Shown piece after piece: positions 1 to 9,996 of a stretch of 64,000 nucleotides of DNA. A program made the position numbers and the translations under genes. The stretch lies in NCBI GenBank assembly GCA_964525395.1, contig CAZGGU010000002.1, forward strand, positions 30,263 to 94,262, written 5' to 3'. The notes under the pieces were generated by a model. That model saw only the letters and a program-made list of their open reading frames with translations, was not told the DNA's origin and made no database searches. Positions within the stretch are counted from its first letter, which is position 1. Every line of letters starts with the position of its first letter. Source of the stretch: an uncultured Gammaproteobacteria bacterium. GTDB lineage: Bacteria; Patescibacteriota; Microgenomatia; Levybacterales; UBA12049.

Positions 1-2
1 AG

Positions 3-656
3 AAGCTTAGACGCGATGGCATTTTACCTGCAAACGTCTATGGAAAAGATATCAAGTCACAGTCGCTTCAGCTTCCCCAAGAAGAATTTAATAAAGTTTT
101 CGCAGAAGCAGGAGAAACTGGAGTAATTGATCTTACATACGATAAAACTACTATCCCTGTTTTAGTTCACAATATCCATAAAGACTGGAGAAATCAGGTA
201 ATTCATGCAGATTTCTTTAAGGTTAACCTTAAAGAAAAAGTTACAGCTATGATTCCTGTTGAAGTCATTGGTGAACCTAAGGCTGTTACTGAGCAAATTG
301 GTATTCTCATGAACATCACAAATGAAGTTGAAGTTGAAGCACTACCTACTGAACTGCCTGAAAAGATTGAAGTAAATGTAGAAAATATGGCTACAATTGA
401 CGATCAAATCGCAGTTTCTGACTTAAAAGCGCCTGAGGAAGTTGAAATTCTCACAGATCCAAATCTAGTTGTAGTTAAAATTGGAGAATTAGTTACTAAA
501 GAAGCGCTCGAGGAAGCAGCTGCTGAAGAAGCTGCGGCCGAGGCTGCAGCAACAGAAGGCTCTGAAGGCGAAGGCGGAGAAACTCCAGCTGAAGGCGAAG
601 CAACTGAAGGACAAAGTGAAGGCGGATCAGAAGAAAAACCAGCTGAAGAAGCTTAA
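3..656 (+). CDS. rplY: 50S ribosomal protein L25/general stress protein Ctc (5'-partial), with Glu/Ala-rich acidic C-terminal tail
   Basis: Frame 3 from nt 3 translates KLRRDGILPANVYGKDIKSQSLQLPQEEF...VLVHNIHKDWRNQVIHADFFKV, the L25/Ctc signature; continues without stop into the listed 249..656 ORF; C-term EEAAAEEAAAEAAATEGSEGEG low-complexity tail. Confidence 0.8.
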   Translation, partial: KLRRDGILPANVYGKDIKSQSLQLPQEEFNKVFAEAGETGVIDLTYDKTTIPVLVHNIHKDWRNQVIHADFFKVNLKEKVTAMIPVEVIGEPKAVTEQIGILMNITNEVEVEALPTELPEKIEVNVENMATIDDQIAVSDLKAPEEVEILTDPNLVVVKIGELVTKEALEEAAAEEAAAEAAATEGSEGEGGETPAEGEATEGQSEGGSEEKPAEEA

Positions 657-1075
657 TTACCTAAAAATTCCTCAAAGTCTTTCCCCTCTTTAAAATTCGG
701 GTCTAAACTCAAAGATTTATCCAGATTTTCTTGCGCCTCATCAAAGTTTTTTATCTTGTAATTAATAAGTGCGAGACTAAAATATGCATCTCTATAGTCT
801 GGTCGCTCTTTGATTTGATATTCCCAAAAAGCTTTATCAGAAAGAGTTTTTATCTTCTCAGCTGTTAAGCGCTTTTCCTCATTAAAATTACGATATAAAT
901 CTACACTAACGACCAAAATCGCGGCCAAAATGCAGAATATACCTGTAAAACAGATCAGCTCGTCACGATCAATATTTTCGGGAATAAATCGGGAATTACT
1001 CGGTAATTGTTTTAATTTCTGAGGCTTAGCTTTTTTATAGACTTTTTTAGTTTTAGAAGTATTTTTAAATTTCAT
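653..1075 (-). CDS. small membrane-anchored protein with TPR-like repeat
   Basis: Lys-rich N-term, one hydrophobic helix (ICFTGIFCILAAILVVSV), C-terminal AYFSLALINYKIKNFDEAQENLDKSLSLDP resembles a TPR unit. Confidence 0.35.
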   Translation of the reverse strand: MKFKNTSKTKKVYKKAKPQKLKQLPSNSRFIPENIDRDELICFTGIFCILAAILVVSVDLYRNFNEEKRLTAEKIKTLSDKAFWEYQIKERPDYRDAYFSLALINYKIKNFDEAQENLDKSLSLDPNFKEGKDFEEFLGN

Positions 1076-1095
1076 TACTTAGCTTCATTGACTCC

Positions 1096-3207
1096 CTACC
1101 TCACGGTCGGCCATTTTTCCGTAATTAATAACCGAGTATTTCCCGATAATTTACCGAATATTTCCTCTGTTATAAAAGGCATGAAAGGATGAAGGAGCTT
1201 TAATTGAATTATGAATAATGAATTAAGAATCAAGAATGAGTCAGAATCTATTCTCGATTTAACATTCTCAACATATCTATCTGCAAACTCGTGCCAAGTA
1301 AATTCATATATTCTCTCGGCAGCCAAGTTCAGTTCATATTTGACTATATGCTTATCTACTTTTCCAATTAAATCACCTAGACTTTTAACAAATTCTTTAT
1401 CAACTTCATTCTTTGCGAGATCTGAGAGATTTTCCAAATCAATATGCTTTAATTCAAACTCGCCCTTATTCATCTCAATAAACCTTCCAATATTCCAAAG
1501 CTTATTTGTAAAGTTCCTCTGCCCTCTTATCTTGTCTTCTGCTAGAGATAAATCATTTCCTGCAGCTGATCCGAAGATTAACGCCATGCGTACGGCATCT
1601 GCAGAATATTTTCCTACCATCTCAAGAGGATTAACCACATTTCCTTTACTCTTACTCATCTTCTGACCCTTACCGTCCCGAACAAGACCATGGAAATATA
1701 CTGTTTCGAATGGAATCTCATCAGTTGCATATAAACCAAGCATGATCATACGACAAACCCACCATGGTAAAATATCATATGCCGTTTCCATCACAGATGT
1801 TGGATAAAACTTTTCAAAATCTCCAGGTTGAGTAGACTTGAGCGTCGCAAATGGCCATTGACCTGAAGAAAACCATGTATCAAAGGTGTCAATATCTTGA
1901 GTTAGTTTTACCGATTTACACTTAGCGCATGATTTTGGCGCATCCCCTTCTGTAACCATCCACTCCCCACAATCATCACATTTCCAAGCAGGAATTCTCA
2001 TTCCCCAAACTATTTGACGGGAGATATTCCAATCATGAAATCCTTCCAGCCACTGCTCCATTACCTTTTTAAATCGAGGAGGAACTATTTGAATCTCTTT
2101 CTTTAGAGACTTAATAGCCCTATCAGCAAGTGGCCTAACCTTAATAAACCATTGCTCCATAGGCAATGGTTCAAGCACTCTTCCACATTTATAACAGGTG
2201 GCGACGTTATGAACATATTTTTCATCAATGTGATCCATTAGATTTTTTTCAACTAAATCTGCCACAACTTTTTCTCTCGCATCCTTAATTTTAAGTCCAG
2301 CATATTTTCCTGCAGCATCTGTTAACTTACCATCAAAACCGATTACTTGCTTCATGGGCAAATCGTGCCTTTTACCTATTTCAAAGTCTGTAAAATCATG
2401 AGCAGGAGTGATTTTTACAACTCCAGTACCAAACTCAGGGTCCACCGCCTCATCCCCAACCACTTGCAATTTAACTGGACCAATAAGAGAGTCTATTTCA
2501 ATTTCTTGTCCAATATATTTCTTATATCTTTTATCATTTGGGTGAACTGCCACTGCAGTATCTCCAAATTTGGTTTCTGGACGAACTGTTGCCAAAACAA
2601 AGGGACCATACTTCATATAATACAGTGGGTCGTTTTGCTCTACATATTTCACTTCGAGATCAGAAAAGCCAGTTCCATCCTTAGTGCAGTAATTAACAAG
2701 CTTTAAATCTCTGTACACCAAACCTTCATCAAAAAGTTTTTTAAATGTTCCATATACTACTTTTACTATTTGGGGGTCAAGCGTAAACTTTAACCTACTC
2801 CAGTCAAGAGAAAATCCAAGAGCCTTTAATTGCGCTTCCATAGTTCCGCGATTATTTTGCACAAAGTCCCAAATCATTTTGTAAAGAGTTTCGCGGTCAA
2901 AATCAAACCTAGATTTACCTTCTTTTTGAAGATGCTTCTCAAATACGAACTGTGTCTCAAAGCCTGCATGATCTGCTCCAGGAAGCCACAATGCTGCATC
3001 TCCGAGCATTCTGTGATATCGAGTTAAGATATCCTCCACAACATACATGGCGTGCCCAAAGTGAAGAGGTGCATTAGCATTAGGCGGTGGCAGAATAATA
3101 GTGAAGGGCTTACCGTTAGGATTTACCTCAGGCGCAAAAGAGTTTGACTCTTCCCATTTTTTATAAATATGTGGCTCGACTTCTTGATGATTATAGACTT
3201 TATCCAT
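1096..3207 (-). CDS. valS: valyl-tRNA synthetase (class Ia aaRS), short form
   Basis: HIGH motif PPPNANAPLHFGHA, KMSKSKGN motif, WNISRQ(IVWG) and ITPAHDFTDFEIGKRHDLP motifs typical of ValRS; 703 aa, so lacks the long C-terminal coiled-coil. Confidence 0.75.
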   Translation of the reverse strand: MDKVYNHQEVEPHIYKKWEESNSFAPEVNPNGKPFTIILPPPNANAPLHFGHAMYVVEDILTRYHRMLGDAALWLPGADHAGFETQFVFEKHLQKEGKSRFDFDRETLYKMIWDFVQNNRGTMEAQLKALGFSLDWSRLKFTLDPQIVKVVYGTFKKLFDEGLVYRDLKLVNYCTKDGTGFSDLEVKYVEQNDPLYYMKYGPFVLATVRPETKFGDTAVAVHPNDKRYKKYIGQEIEIDSLIGPVKLQVVGDEAVDPEFGTGVVKITPAHDFTDFEIGKRHDLPMKQVIGFDGKLTDAAGKYAGLKIKDAREKVVADLVEKNLMDHIDEKYVHNVATCYKCGRVLEPLPMEQWFIKVRPLADRAIKSLKKEIQIVPPRFKKVMEQWLEGFHDWNISRQIVWGMRIPAWKCDDCGEWMVTEGDAPKSCAKCKSVKLTQDIDTFDTWFSSGQWPFATLKSTQPGDFEKFYPTSVMETAYDILPWWVCRMIMLGLYATDEIPFETVYFHGLVRDGKGQKMSKSKGNVVNPLEMVGKYSADAVRMALIFGSAAGNDLSLAEDKIRGQRNFTNKLWNIGRFIEMNKGEFELKHIDLENLSDLAKNEVDKEFVKSLGDLIGKVDKHIVKYELNLAAERIYEFTWHEFADRYVENVKSRIDSDSFLILNSLFIIQLKLLHPFMPFITEEIFGKLSGNTRLLITEKWPTVR

Positions 3208-4166
3208 TACTTTTTCTTTACAGCTAGTGAGACGTCCTCCTGCATCTTTTTTAGATCAACGTGGGACTTCCAGAAAAAGTAACCTACTACAGCGAACGTA
3301 ATAATTGGTGAAACATAGCTAGGAATTTCTACATGGAATCCATGAAGAATCATGATCAGACCCAAGAAGAAAATAGAATACATTGCTCCATTTTTAAGAA
3401 ATTTATACTTAACTATTCGATCAATATTGCTGATCGTTAGCTTTCTAAGTATTAATGCACCAAGTCCATTACCTATTAAAATCAAAGGCACAGAAAATGT
3501 AAACGCAAAGGCTCCTATCACACCATCGATAGAAAAAGTTGTATCTAATACCTCAAGATATGCAATTTTTGAAACATCAGACATATTATTTTTCTTATCA
3601 AGAAGCTTTGCCTCCTGCTGCTCAGCATACTGTCTAAAGCCATGAATAATAAAAAATGCGGTAGAACCAACCACTGCTGCAAAAGCAAGCATGTTATCAA
3701 TTCTCATAGCAAACCAAACGATAAAGAGCAGTATCATAGATACCACAGCGAAAAACCAAGCGCCTTGGCTTTGAAAAAATTTCTCTCCTCGCAAGCCAAA
3801 ATTTTTCGGCTCAAGAAACAACCAATTAAAGAATAAGAAGACCAAAAAAACTCCTCCACCAAGAAGCAATAGTGGGGCTGCATGCTGGATAGCGTCCTTT
3901 ACAACCTCGGAACTACCAAAGGAAACTCCTAATACTTCAATGGGACCAAGACTTGGAGTAGCAGCCCAAATAATCAGAAAAGGCAAAAGCCCACGAACCA
4001 CAAATACTGCAAAGAAAAATCCGTAAGTTAAAAACCATCTTCTGGCTTTCTTGCCCATCCCTGCTAGCACCTCTGCATTAATCACGGCATTATCAATTGA
4101 GGTGATAATTTCAAAAATTGTGAGACCTAAAACGGTTAATATGATTGCTAAATATTCCATAATCAA
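3207..4166 (-). CDS. polytopic integral membrane protein, TerC/DUF475-like
   Basis: ~8 hydrophobic segments; N-terminal TSIDNAVINAEVLAGMG motif resembles TerC/DUF475 family; 1-nt stop/start overlap with valS. Confidence 0.35.
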   Translation of the reverse strand: MIMEYLAIILTVLGLTIFEIITSIDNAVINAEVLAGMGKKARRWFLTYGFFFAVFVVRGLLPFLIIWAATPSLGPIEVLGVSFGSSEVVKDAIQHAAPLLLLGGGVFLVFLFFNWLFLEPKNFGLRGEKFFQSQGAWFFAVVSMILLFIVWFAMRIDNMLAFAAVVGSTAFFIIHGFRQYAEQQEAKLLDKKNNMSDVSKIAYLEVLDTTFSIDGVIGAFAFTFSVPLILIGNGLGALILRKLTISNIDRIVKYKFLKNGAMYSIFFLGLIMILHGFHVEIPSYVSPIITFAVVGYFFWKSHVDLKKMQEDVSLAVKKK

Positions 4167-4199
4167 GCTTGATTTTAGCAGATTTGAGGCAAAAATGCT

Positions 4200-6818
4200 C
4201 TACTTCTGGCTAATAATATATTTTAACTCAATATCAGATTTAATCTGACCCGCATAAGCACCTTTTCCGACAATCTGGTAACCATCAGGTAAAGAAAAGT
4301 TCAAATTAAAAGGCAAGTATTCCGTTCCAGGCTGCTTAAAAAGCTTAAGAGAATATATTGCTGATTTATTTGTTGTGTTGAAAGAGTAAGGCAAGTCGTA
4401 ATTTATTAAAATGTTTTTGGAGCTAGATTTAGGAATATTAATAAACATTCCATAATAATTTTTACCAAGTACTTCTCCGGAATCAACTTCAAGTCCCACT
4501 GGTTTTTTAAAATTAATAGATTCATAAACCCTGAAATCTGTCTGCATTTGAGAGATTTCAAATTGCTTCTTGTCGATTAAGATTGAGGTTATCTGGCTTC
4601 CTGCCGGTAAAACTATCTTCATGTAATTAGAATAATTTAACTCAGATGATGAATTTTTATAACTAACTGAGACTGATGATTTAATCTTTCCAGAGGGATT
4701 AAAGCTTACCTTCTTAACAACACTTCTTGAAATGCTTGTGTTCACTTTATTCTTGCCCACATTAGTTTCAGAGATGGCTAAGTAGTCGTTTATTTGCTCC
4801 TCACCACGGTTGTCCCAAATAGCTGATGACCAACCGTTCGCTGTAAAAACATTCTGGAGACTGGGATTTTGCATTGCGAAAATAATATGTTTTTCCTTGA
4901 TAAGTCTCCCAATCTCTTCTGCGGTTTTTGTCATTGAGCGGTTTTCATTACTATCAATATTTGTTTTAATTCCATCAGCTACTTCTCCAAAATACCCTTC
5001 CCTATTTCCAGCTTCAAAATTTTCTGCACCGATTGTTTTAGAATCCACCATCACACCGCCACTAAGTTCTAACAAAGATTTTAAAAAATCACTATCCACT
5101 CCAATCACCCCATCTACCTCACTACCACTAGACTTTCCGTACATTCCCGAGGCGCTTATTGCGCTTTTTACAAAATCTGGGCTATTCAAACTGTCTTTGA
5201 TCAAGATATTCTTCTCTCCCATAAATCTTCTGTATTCAAAAGGTGGAAATGTATCTTGCTTAATTTTTTGATCAACTTCAGCTGGAGTTAAAACCTTAAA
5301 CTGCGTTATCTTTGCGTTTTTAACTTTTAAATCTACGAAAGAATTTATCTCTCCTCCACCTGGTCTAGCACTAGCATTATCAAACAAAATAACTAAATAG
5401 TTTTTTTCACCGTCAAATCCTAAAATCTCAGGTAAAATATCTGAAGAGTTAATAAAAAGATCAGTAAAAGGCTCAAGATTTTCCAACTTATCTCTATATT
5501 CTTTTGGCAAGTTTCCTTCAGCGTTTAATTTAGATGTCGTAGCCAGTGCAGATTTAAAATTATTGGAAGCAATTTGAAAATCTTCCTTAGGATTCGCACT
5601 TGACCCTTTATAAACTTTTTGGAGCGTCTCAAATCCTTCAAGCATACTAATGGTGGCGTCCGCTAGATCCTGTCCATTCCCAACGGAATCATGAATTTTT
5701 TCTGCTTCTCTTTTAAGACCAATGACTTCAGCTTCAGCGATTAATGGCTCTGACGTTTTTTCAGCAAAAGAAAAAAACGTCTTTGAATTATTCGCTTGCT
5801 TTATAGCTTTTTCAAAATCTCCTTTACCCGAGGACTTTACGGCGCTTCTAATCTCCCACTCCCCTAGTTTGGTGTACGCAACAGTGGAGAAAAATGGAAG
5901 AAGGGCTAGAAAAAGACATGCCAAAAGAAAAAATAAAACAGGCCTAAATATTCTATTCTTCACCCTTCTGTCTTTATTAATAACCTTCACTTCCCTATCT
6001 TCTTTTTCTTGTAGATCTAATTCTTTTATCTTCTTTTCCAAGTCATATTTTGAAATCGCATGTACTGCATTTTTAGGATAATAAATCCTTCTCTCCTTCT
6101 TTTCTTTTCCAAAATCGATTTTTAGATCTGGGTCAACTTTTTGAAAGACATTAGCTAGAGAAATATCAGTGATGGGATGTGGGTAAAAAAGTAAGATTAC
6201 TTTTTGGATAATATTTAATGTAGTCGCTTTGATGATTAACTTAATCGTATCCTCAAAGCTTACTGGAAAACTTAAAGACAAACCACTTCCTGGAACTTCG
6301 ATTTTTCCGAGCTTTCTTGCCTCTATTATATATCTTGAAACTGATGCATCTTTATCAAAAAATACTTTCTTATCAAAGATATCACCAAAGATTAATACCT
6401 TGGAATTGGCATATTCTGCAGCGATAGAATCGGCATGATCAATATCTGTATTGCGCAAACTCCCAATGAAAAACAAAGGAGCATCATGCTGCCTGGCCAG
6501 TTTTATAAATGAAAAGGCAGACTCCCTCGTTACGCTTCCCCCATCATCTATTAAAAATATCTTTTTATATTTGGCTTGTGGCACTAATGGAATCTTCTTT
6601 TTAAATTTAATTGGAATAATATTCTTTTCTTTTTTAATTTCAGCTGCAGAAAGAATAACGACTAAATAATCCTTGGCAAATTCTTTAGCAAGTGCCTCAC
6701 CTATTATCCCTACCTTATCGACAATGAGAATTACGTGATAGCTTGCCTGTGGTTCGGTGGTCAAAGTGGCAGATTTCATGAGTATATTAATTTTATGCGG
6801 AAGGAAGCATGTTATCAA
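4200..6818 (-). CDS. large (872 aa) membrane protein of unknown function (N-terminal Rossmann-like region, one TM, large extracytoplasmic domain, possibly DUF4012-like)
   Basis: Long ORF; central TM FRPVLFFLLACLFLALLPFF; N-term VILIVDKVGIIGEALAKEF resembles nucleotide-binding fold; no recognisable catalytic motif. Confidence 0.3.
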   Translation of the reverse strand: MITCFLPHKINILMKSATLTTEPQASYHVILIVDKVGIIGEALAKEFAKDYLVVILSAAEIKKEKNIIPIKFKKKIPLVPQAKYKKIFLIDDGGSVTRESAFSFIKLARQHDAPLFFIGSLRNTDIDHADSIAAEYANSKVLIFGDIFDKKVFFDKDASVSRYIIEARKLGKIEVPGSGLSLSFPVSFEDTIKLIIKATTLNIIQKVILLFYPHPITDISLANVFQKVDPDLKIDFGKEKKERRIYYPKNAVHAISKYDLEKKIKELDLQEKEDREVKVINKDRRVKNRIFRPVLFFLLACLFLALLPFFSTVAYTKLGEWEIRSAVKSSGKGDFEKAIKQANNSKTFFSFAEKTSEPLIAEAEVIGLKREAEKIHDSVGNGQDLADATISMLEGFETLQKVYKGSSANPKEDFQIASNNFKSALATTSKLNAEGNLPKEYRDKLENLEPFTDLFINSSDILPEILGFDGEKNYLVILFDNASARPGGGEINSFVDLKVKNAKITQFKVLTPAEVDQKIKQDTFPPFEYRRFMGEKNILIKDSLNSPDFVKSAISASGMYGKSSGSEVDGVIGVDSDFLKSLLELSGGVMVDSKTIGAENFEAGNREGYFGEVADGIKTNIDSNENRSMTKTAEEIGRLIKEKHIIFAMQNPSLQNVFTANGWSSAIWDNRGEEQINDYLAISETNVGKNKVNTSISRSVVKKVSFNPSGKIKSSVSVSYKNSSSELNYSNYMKIVLPAGSQITSILIDKKQFEISQMQTDFRVYESINFKKPVGLEVDSGEVLGKNYYGMFINIPKSSSKNILINYDLPYSFNTTNKSAIYSLKLFKQPGTEYLPFNLNFSLPDGYQIVGKGAYAGQIKSDIELKYIISQK

Positions 6819-7233
6819 GTGCGAGGTTCACCATACGGTCAGCTTTGGTATTCTGCTCACGATAAACATGCTCATAAGAAATTGGGAGCCCAATTTCTAA
6901 TTCTTTTTGCTTGGCGTTAATTAAAAGTGCTTTTAATGAAGGACTTTTTACTTTATACATTCCAGTTATCTGCATAACTGCCAGCTTAGAATCCATAAAG
7001 AAATTAATTTTTTCTAGATTTGGCATCTCCCCCCTATTCTCTATTACCCAAGAGAGTGCTTCAATAATCGCTGAGTATTCAGCGAAGTTGTTGGTTTGAA
7101 TTCCTAGAACTTTTCCAATATCTTTTACAGTCTCCCCTGCGCTGTCTTCAATATGCACACCAAGAGCAGAAGGTCCCGGGTTTCCTCTAGAACCACCATC
7201 TGTAAAAATCTTAATTAGCTTCAAATCATGCAT
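6793..7233 (-). CDS. rnhA: ribonuclease HI
   Basis: TDGGSRGNPGPSA...NNFAEYSAIIEAL...DSKLAVMQ motifs characteristic of RNase H type 1. Confidence 0.8.
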   Translation of the reverse strand: MHDLKLIKIFTDGGSRGNPGPSALGVHIEDSAGETVKDIGKVLGIQTNNFAEYSAIIEALSWVIENRGEMPNLEKINFFMDSKLAVMQITGMYKVKSPSLKALLINAKQKELEIGLPISYEHVYREQNTKADRMVNLALDNMLPSA

Positions 7234-7432
7234 GTTCGTTCTCCGTTTCTAGTAATATTCAATGGTTTAGCGATTTGAAGACAAATCGTTCGATAATTTT
7301 TTAAATTTGTCCTAGTTTAACAGTCAAATCGTTAGACTATATTTCTGAAAACGGCCTACAAAACCTATTCTAGCAGATAATTGGAGTTACTATTCGAGGA
7401 TTGTTCATGAAACGGAACACGAACATAAACTC

Positions 7433-7441
7433 TGCTATAAT
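7433..7441 (+). promoter_or_regulatory. extended -10 promoter element (TGcTATAAT) upstream of HD-domain gene
   Basis: tgctataat 7 nt before ATG at 7448; in 214-nt intergenic gap. Confidence 0.4.
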
Positions 7442-7447
7442 CGCTTT

Positions 7448-7936
7448 ATGAATAATTTCGATAATGAATTTGAGGACGCAATTAGATTTTTAACAAATAA
7501 CATGCCGGCAGCGGAAGACTTAGAAAAGCCAACACTTTTTCATTCTTTAAGAGTCGGTGTTTATCTTTATACAAATAACTACAGCAGGGAAATATGCATT
7601 GCTGGTTTATTGCATGATTTAATTGAAGATTCTGAAGTAGATGAAAAAGAGATAGAAGAAGATTTCGGAAGAGAAGCTGCTCTACTTGTTCAGGCAAACT
7701 CCAAAAATAAAGAGCTAGAAAATGTATACGAAGATCTGATAAGTAGGTGCATTAAAACGGGGGAGAGTGCTTTAATTGTAAAAGCTGCAGACATATTGGA
7801 TAACTACAACTACTACATAAGAATTAATAACGCTGGAGGACTAGATTATGTAAAGATGATTTCATCCATATTGCTTAAAGAAAAACCTGATGAATTTAAA
7901 GACCCGATCTTTGAAGAATTAAAGTTAATAAAATAG
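7448..7936 (+). CDS. HD-domain phosphohydrolase
   Basis: HSLRVG...LLHDLIED...KAADILDN = H..HD..D metal-binding pattern of HD superfamily. Confidence 0.6.
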   Translation: MNNFDNEFEDAIRFLTNNMPAAEDLEKPTLFHSLRVGVYLYTNNYSREICIAGLLHDLIEDSEVDEKEIEEDFGREAALLVQANSKNKELENVYEDLISRCIKTGESALIVKAADILDNYNYYIRINNAGGLDYVKMISSILLKEKPDEFKDPIFEELKLIK

Positions 7937-7943
7937 GGGATTA

Positions 7944-8414
7944 TTAGCGAGGCCTTACTACGAGGGTTCTTTCTTTTCCTTCTCCGACTGATTCTGAGAT
8001 TACTTGATCATCTTCTTGAAATCTTAAATGGACAATTCTTCTTTCCCAAGGCTTAAGGTTTGGGAGAAAAATTTCTCTATTTTCTGAAAGAGCTCTTTCT
8101 TTTGTTTGAGCTGCTAAATTATCTAGATAATCTGAGCGGTTCTTTTTATAATCTCCAACCTCTACTGAAACTCTTTTATATTCACCATTATTCTTAGCAA
8201 GCATTAGAGAAATAACTAGCTGAAGTGCATCTAGAGTATCTCCATGATGACCAATTATTAGTCCTGGATCTTCTGATGAAATTACCACATCAAGCATTTC
8301 TTCGTTTTCTGTTACTTCAAATGAATCGGTAATGCCGACTGCTTCAAAGAGGTCTTTTATTATCTGTTCGTTAGTTTTTTCGCCTTTAGCCATAAGTCTT
8401 CCATTCCTCCCCAT
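7944..8414 (-). CDS. khpB: Jag/KhpB RNA-binding protein (KH + R3H domains)
   Basis: Position downstream of yidC in the conserved rnpA-yidD-yidC-jag cluster; C-terminal R3H-like ...ERRIVHLRFQEDDQVISESVGEGKERTLVV; true start likely the internal Met (~8393) to reduce overlap with yidC. Confidence 0.65.
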   Translation of the reverse strand: MGRNGRLMAKGEKTNEQIIKDLFEAVGITDSFEVTENEEMLDVVISSEDPGLIIGHHGDTLDALQLVISLMLAKNNGEYKRVSVEVGDYKKNRSDYLDNLAAQTKERALSENREIFLPNLKPWERRIVHLRFQEDDQVISESVGEGKERTLVVRPR

Positions 8415-9211
8415 CCGGAGATTTTATATTGCTGTATGATACCAAAAATCGAGAAAGTATTCCAGTAGAGAGATAAACCGAAAGGCAAAGTAAAGGAAAA
8501 GATGCCAATCATGACAGGGAAGATGTATGCTGACTGTTTTTGGAATACTGTAGCGAAATCATCCTGGCCTTTTTTATTGGCAGGGAGTTTAAGCTTAGGA
8601 TCTTCTGGTGGAGTAGAGAACATCATCTTAGACTGCACAAACTGGAAAAGACCTGTAATTAGTGGTATTGCAAGACCAATAATGATAAGCATTAACATTC
8701 CCTCTTTGCTACCTTCGGTAAAAAGCTGTTGTGGACTTTTACCCAAAGGGATACCAAAAAAATAAGGGTCCCATTTATCCTTTAATGCAAGCGGGGGAAT
8801 CACAATGCTATTTATATAAGAAACAACCTCATTTGGACTTTTATGCACAACTGAATTTAAAACATTGTATAAGCCAAAAATAATTGGGAGCTGAATAAGA
8901 GTAGGGAGACATCCTGCGAGGGGATTGATGCCATGCTCTTTATAAAGCTTTTGGGTTTCTTCTTGAATTCTTTTTGAGTCGCCTTTGTGCTTAGACTTAA
9001 TGTGTGAAATGTGGGGCGCAATCGCCTGCATTTTCTTCGATGTTTTCATTTGCGCATTGATAAAGGGGTAGAGGATTAAACGAATTATCATGGTTAAACC
9101 AATAATGGCAAATCCAAGCGCATAAGGAACATGAAGAGCAAATAGGACCTGATAAATAGCAACTAAAACATTAATGATGGGGTGAATTATTATAGTATTA
9201 AATATTTCCAT
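8360..9211 (-). CDS. yidC: membrane protein insertase YidC (short Gram-positive/Oxa1 type)
   Basis: Multi-TM; conserved INPLAGCLPTLIQLPIIFGLYNVL region of YidC/Oxa1 family; synteny with rnpA/yidD. Confidence 0.8.
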   Translation of the reverse strand: MEIFNTIIIHPIINVLVAIYQVLFALHVPYALGFAIIGLTMIIRLILYPFINAQMKTSKKMQAIAPHISHIKSKHKGDSKRIQEETQKLYKEHGINPLAGCLPTLIQLPIIFGLYNVLNSVVHKSPNEVVSYINSIVIPPLALKDKWDPYFFGIPLGKSPQQLFTEGSKEGMLMLIIIGLAIPLITGLFQFVQSKMMFSTPPEDPKLKLPANKKGQDDFATVFQKQSAYIFPVMIGIFSFTLPFGLSLYWNTFSIFGIIQQYKISGWGGMEDLWLKAKKLTNR

Positions 9212-9213
9212 TA

Positions 9214-9420
9214 TTATGAACTAAAGGGCTGGCATTTAAGAATTCTCGCGAATCCTAAGGCTGAACCCTGAATGACACCTTTCTCAAGAATCATTCTTTT
9301 AGTGTATCTTGAACAGGTCTCTTCAAATCTACATCCAAAACCTGGTCCAAGAATGTTTATTATAGCTGTTGAGATGAAAATTTGGTAGAAGGAAATAATT
9401 TTTACTGCAATATGTCTCAT
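9214..9420 (-). CDS. yidD: membrane protein insertion efficiency factor YidD
   Basis: 68 aa, GCRFEETCSRYTKRMILEKGVIQGSALGFARILKCQPF matches the YidD Cys motif. Confidence 0.75.
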   Translation of the reverse strand: MRHIAVKIISFYQIFISTAIINILGPGFGCRFEETCSRYTKRMILEKGVIQGSALGFARILKCQPFSS

Positions 9421-9743
9421 TTTAGTAATTTTTCTTGTTTTAAAACTTCAATTAATATTTTTTCAGTATCCACTCGATCAACTTCTACTATTTCTTTTTT
9501 AAGATAAAACGCTAAATCAAAGCCTTTTTCAATATTCTCTAGCTTTTCCTCGATTATACTCCTAACTTTTCTTTTTGCGGAATTTCTAACCACAGCAGAT
9601 GAAGAAACTTTTTTTGAAACGATGAAACCAAATCTAGAGCATTCTGAATTATTTTGACTTATTTTCAGATTAAATAGGGGAGTAGCAATGTTTTTGGAAC
9701 CAGACAAACTAAAACTAGTCAGCCTGTTTTCTTTTTTGAGCAT
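9417..9743 (-). CDS. rnpA: RNase P protein component
   Basis: 108 aa basic protein between rpmH and yidD; RFGFIVSKKVSSSAVVRNSAKRKVR motif. Confidence 0.75.
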   Translation of the reverse strand: MLKKENRLTSFSLSGSKNIATPLFNLKISQNNSECSRFGFIVSKKVSSSAVVRNSAKRKVRSIIEEKLENIEKGFDLAFYLKKEIVEVDRVDTEKILIEVLKQEKLLK

Positions 9744-9877
9744 TAAACAGTAAGCCTTGTTCTACCTGATTGCCTTCTTCTTTTAAGAACTTTTCTACCA
9801 CCATTGTCGCTCATTCTTGCCAGGAATCCGTGTTTTCTAGCTCTTTTAATTTTCTTGAGTTTTCTGAACTTCTCCAT
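9743..9877 (-). CDS. rpmH: 50S ribosomal protein L34
   Basis: [44 protein letters not shown] = L34; the listed 66-aa ORF (to 9943) is an upstream extension; Met at 9877 gives the canonical 44-aa protein. Confidence 0.85.
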   Translation of the reverse strand: MEKFRKLKKIKRARKHGFLARMSDNGGRKVLKRRRQSGRTRLTV

Positions 9878-9935
9878 AGGCATAAAGTATATCAAATTAG
9901 CCTCTTTTTTAAAAGTGGTAAAAAAAGAGCTGGTT

Positions 9936-9944
9936 TTATCCACT
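9936..9944 (+). promoter_or_regulatory. DnaA box (TTATCCACT, 8/9)
   Basis: ttatccact in rpmH-dnaA intergenic region. Confidence 0.5.
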
Positions 9945-9952
9945 TAAGCTTA

Positions 9953-9984
9953 TTGACAGCAGGGCGCCCTGATTTGATAAACTG
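9953..9984 (+). promoter_or_regulatory. putative dnaA promoter (TTGACA -35, 17-nt spacer containing GGGCGCCC palindrome, TGATAAACT extended -10-like)
   Basis: ttgaca at 9953-9958; ttTGaTAAAcT 17 nt downstream. Confidence 0.35.
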
Positions 9985-9996
9985 CAAAAACTAGCT

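Noticed and set aside
1211-3027. Several 65-151 aa ORFs antisense to valS
   Set aside because: They lie wholly inside a well-supported valS coding region on the other strand. Low-complexity, Leu/Ser-rich translations typical of antisense frames.
8360-8414. 55-nt overlap between the jag and yidC ORFs
   Set aside because: Probably an over-extended jag start, with an internal Met at ~8393. Not evidence of programmed frameshifting.
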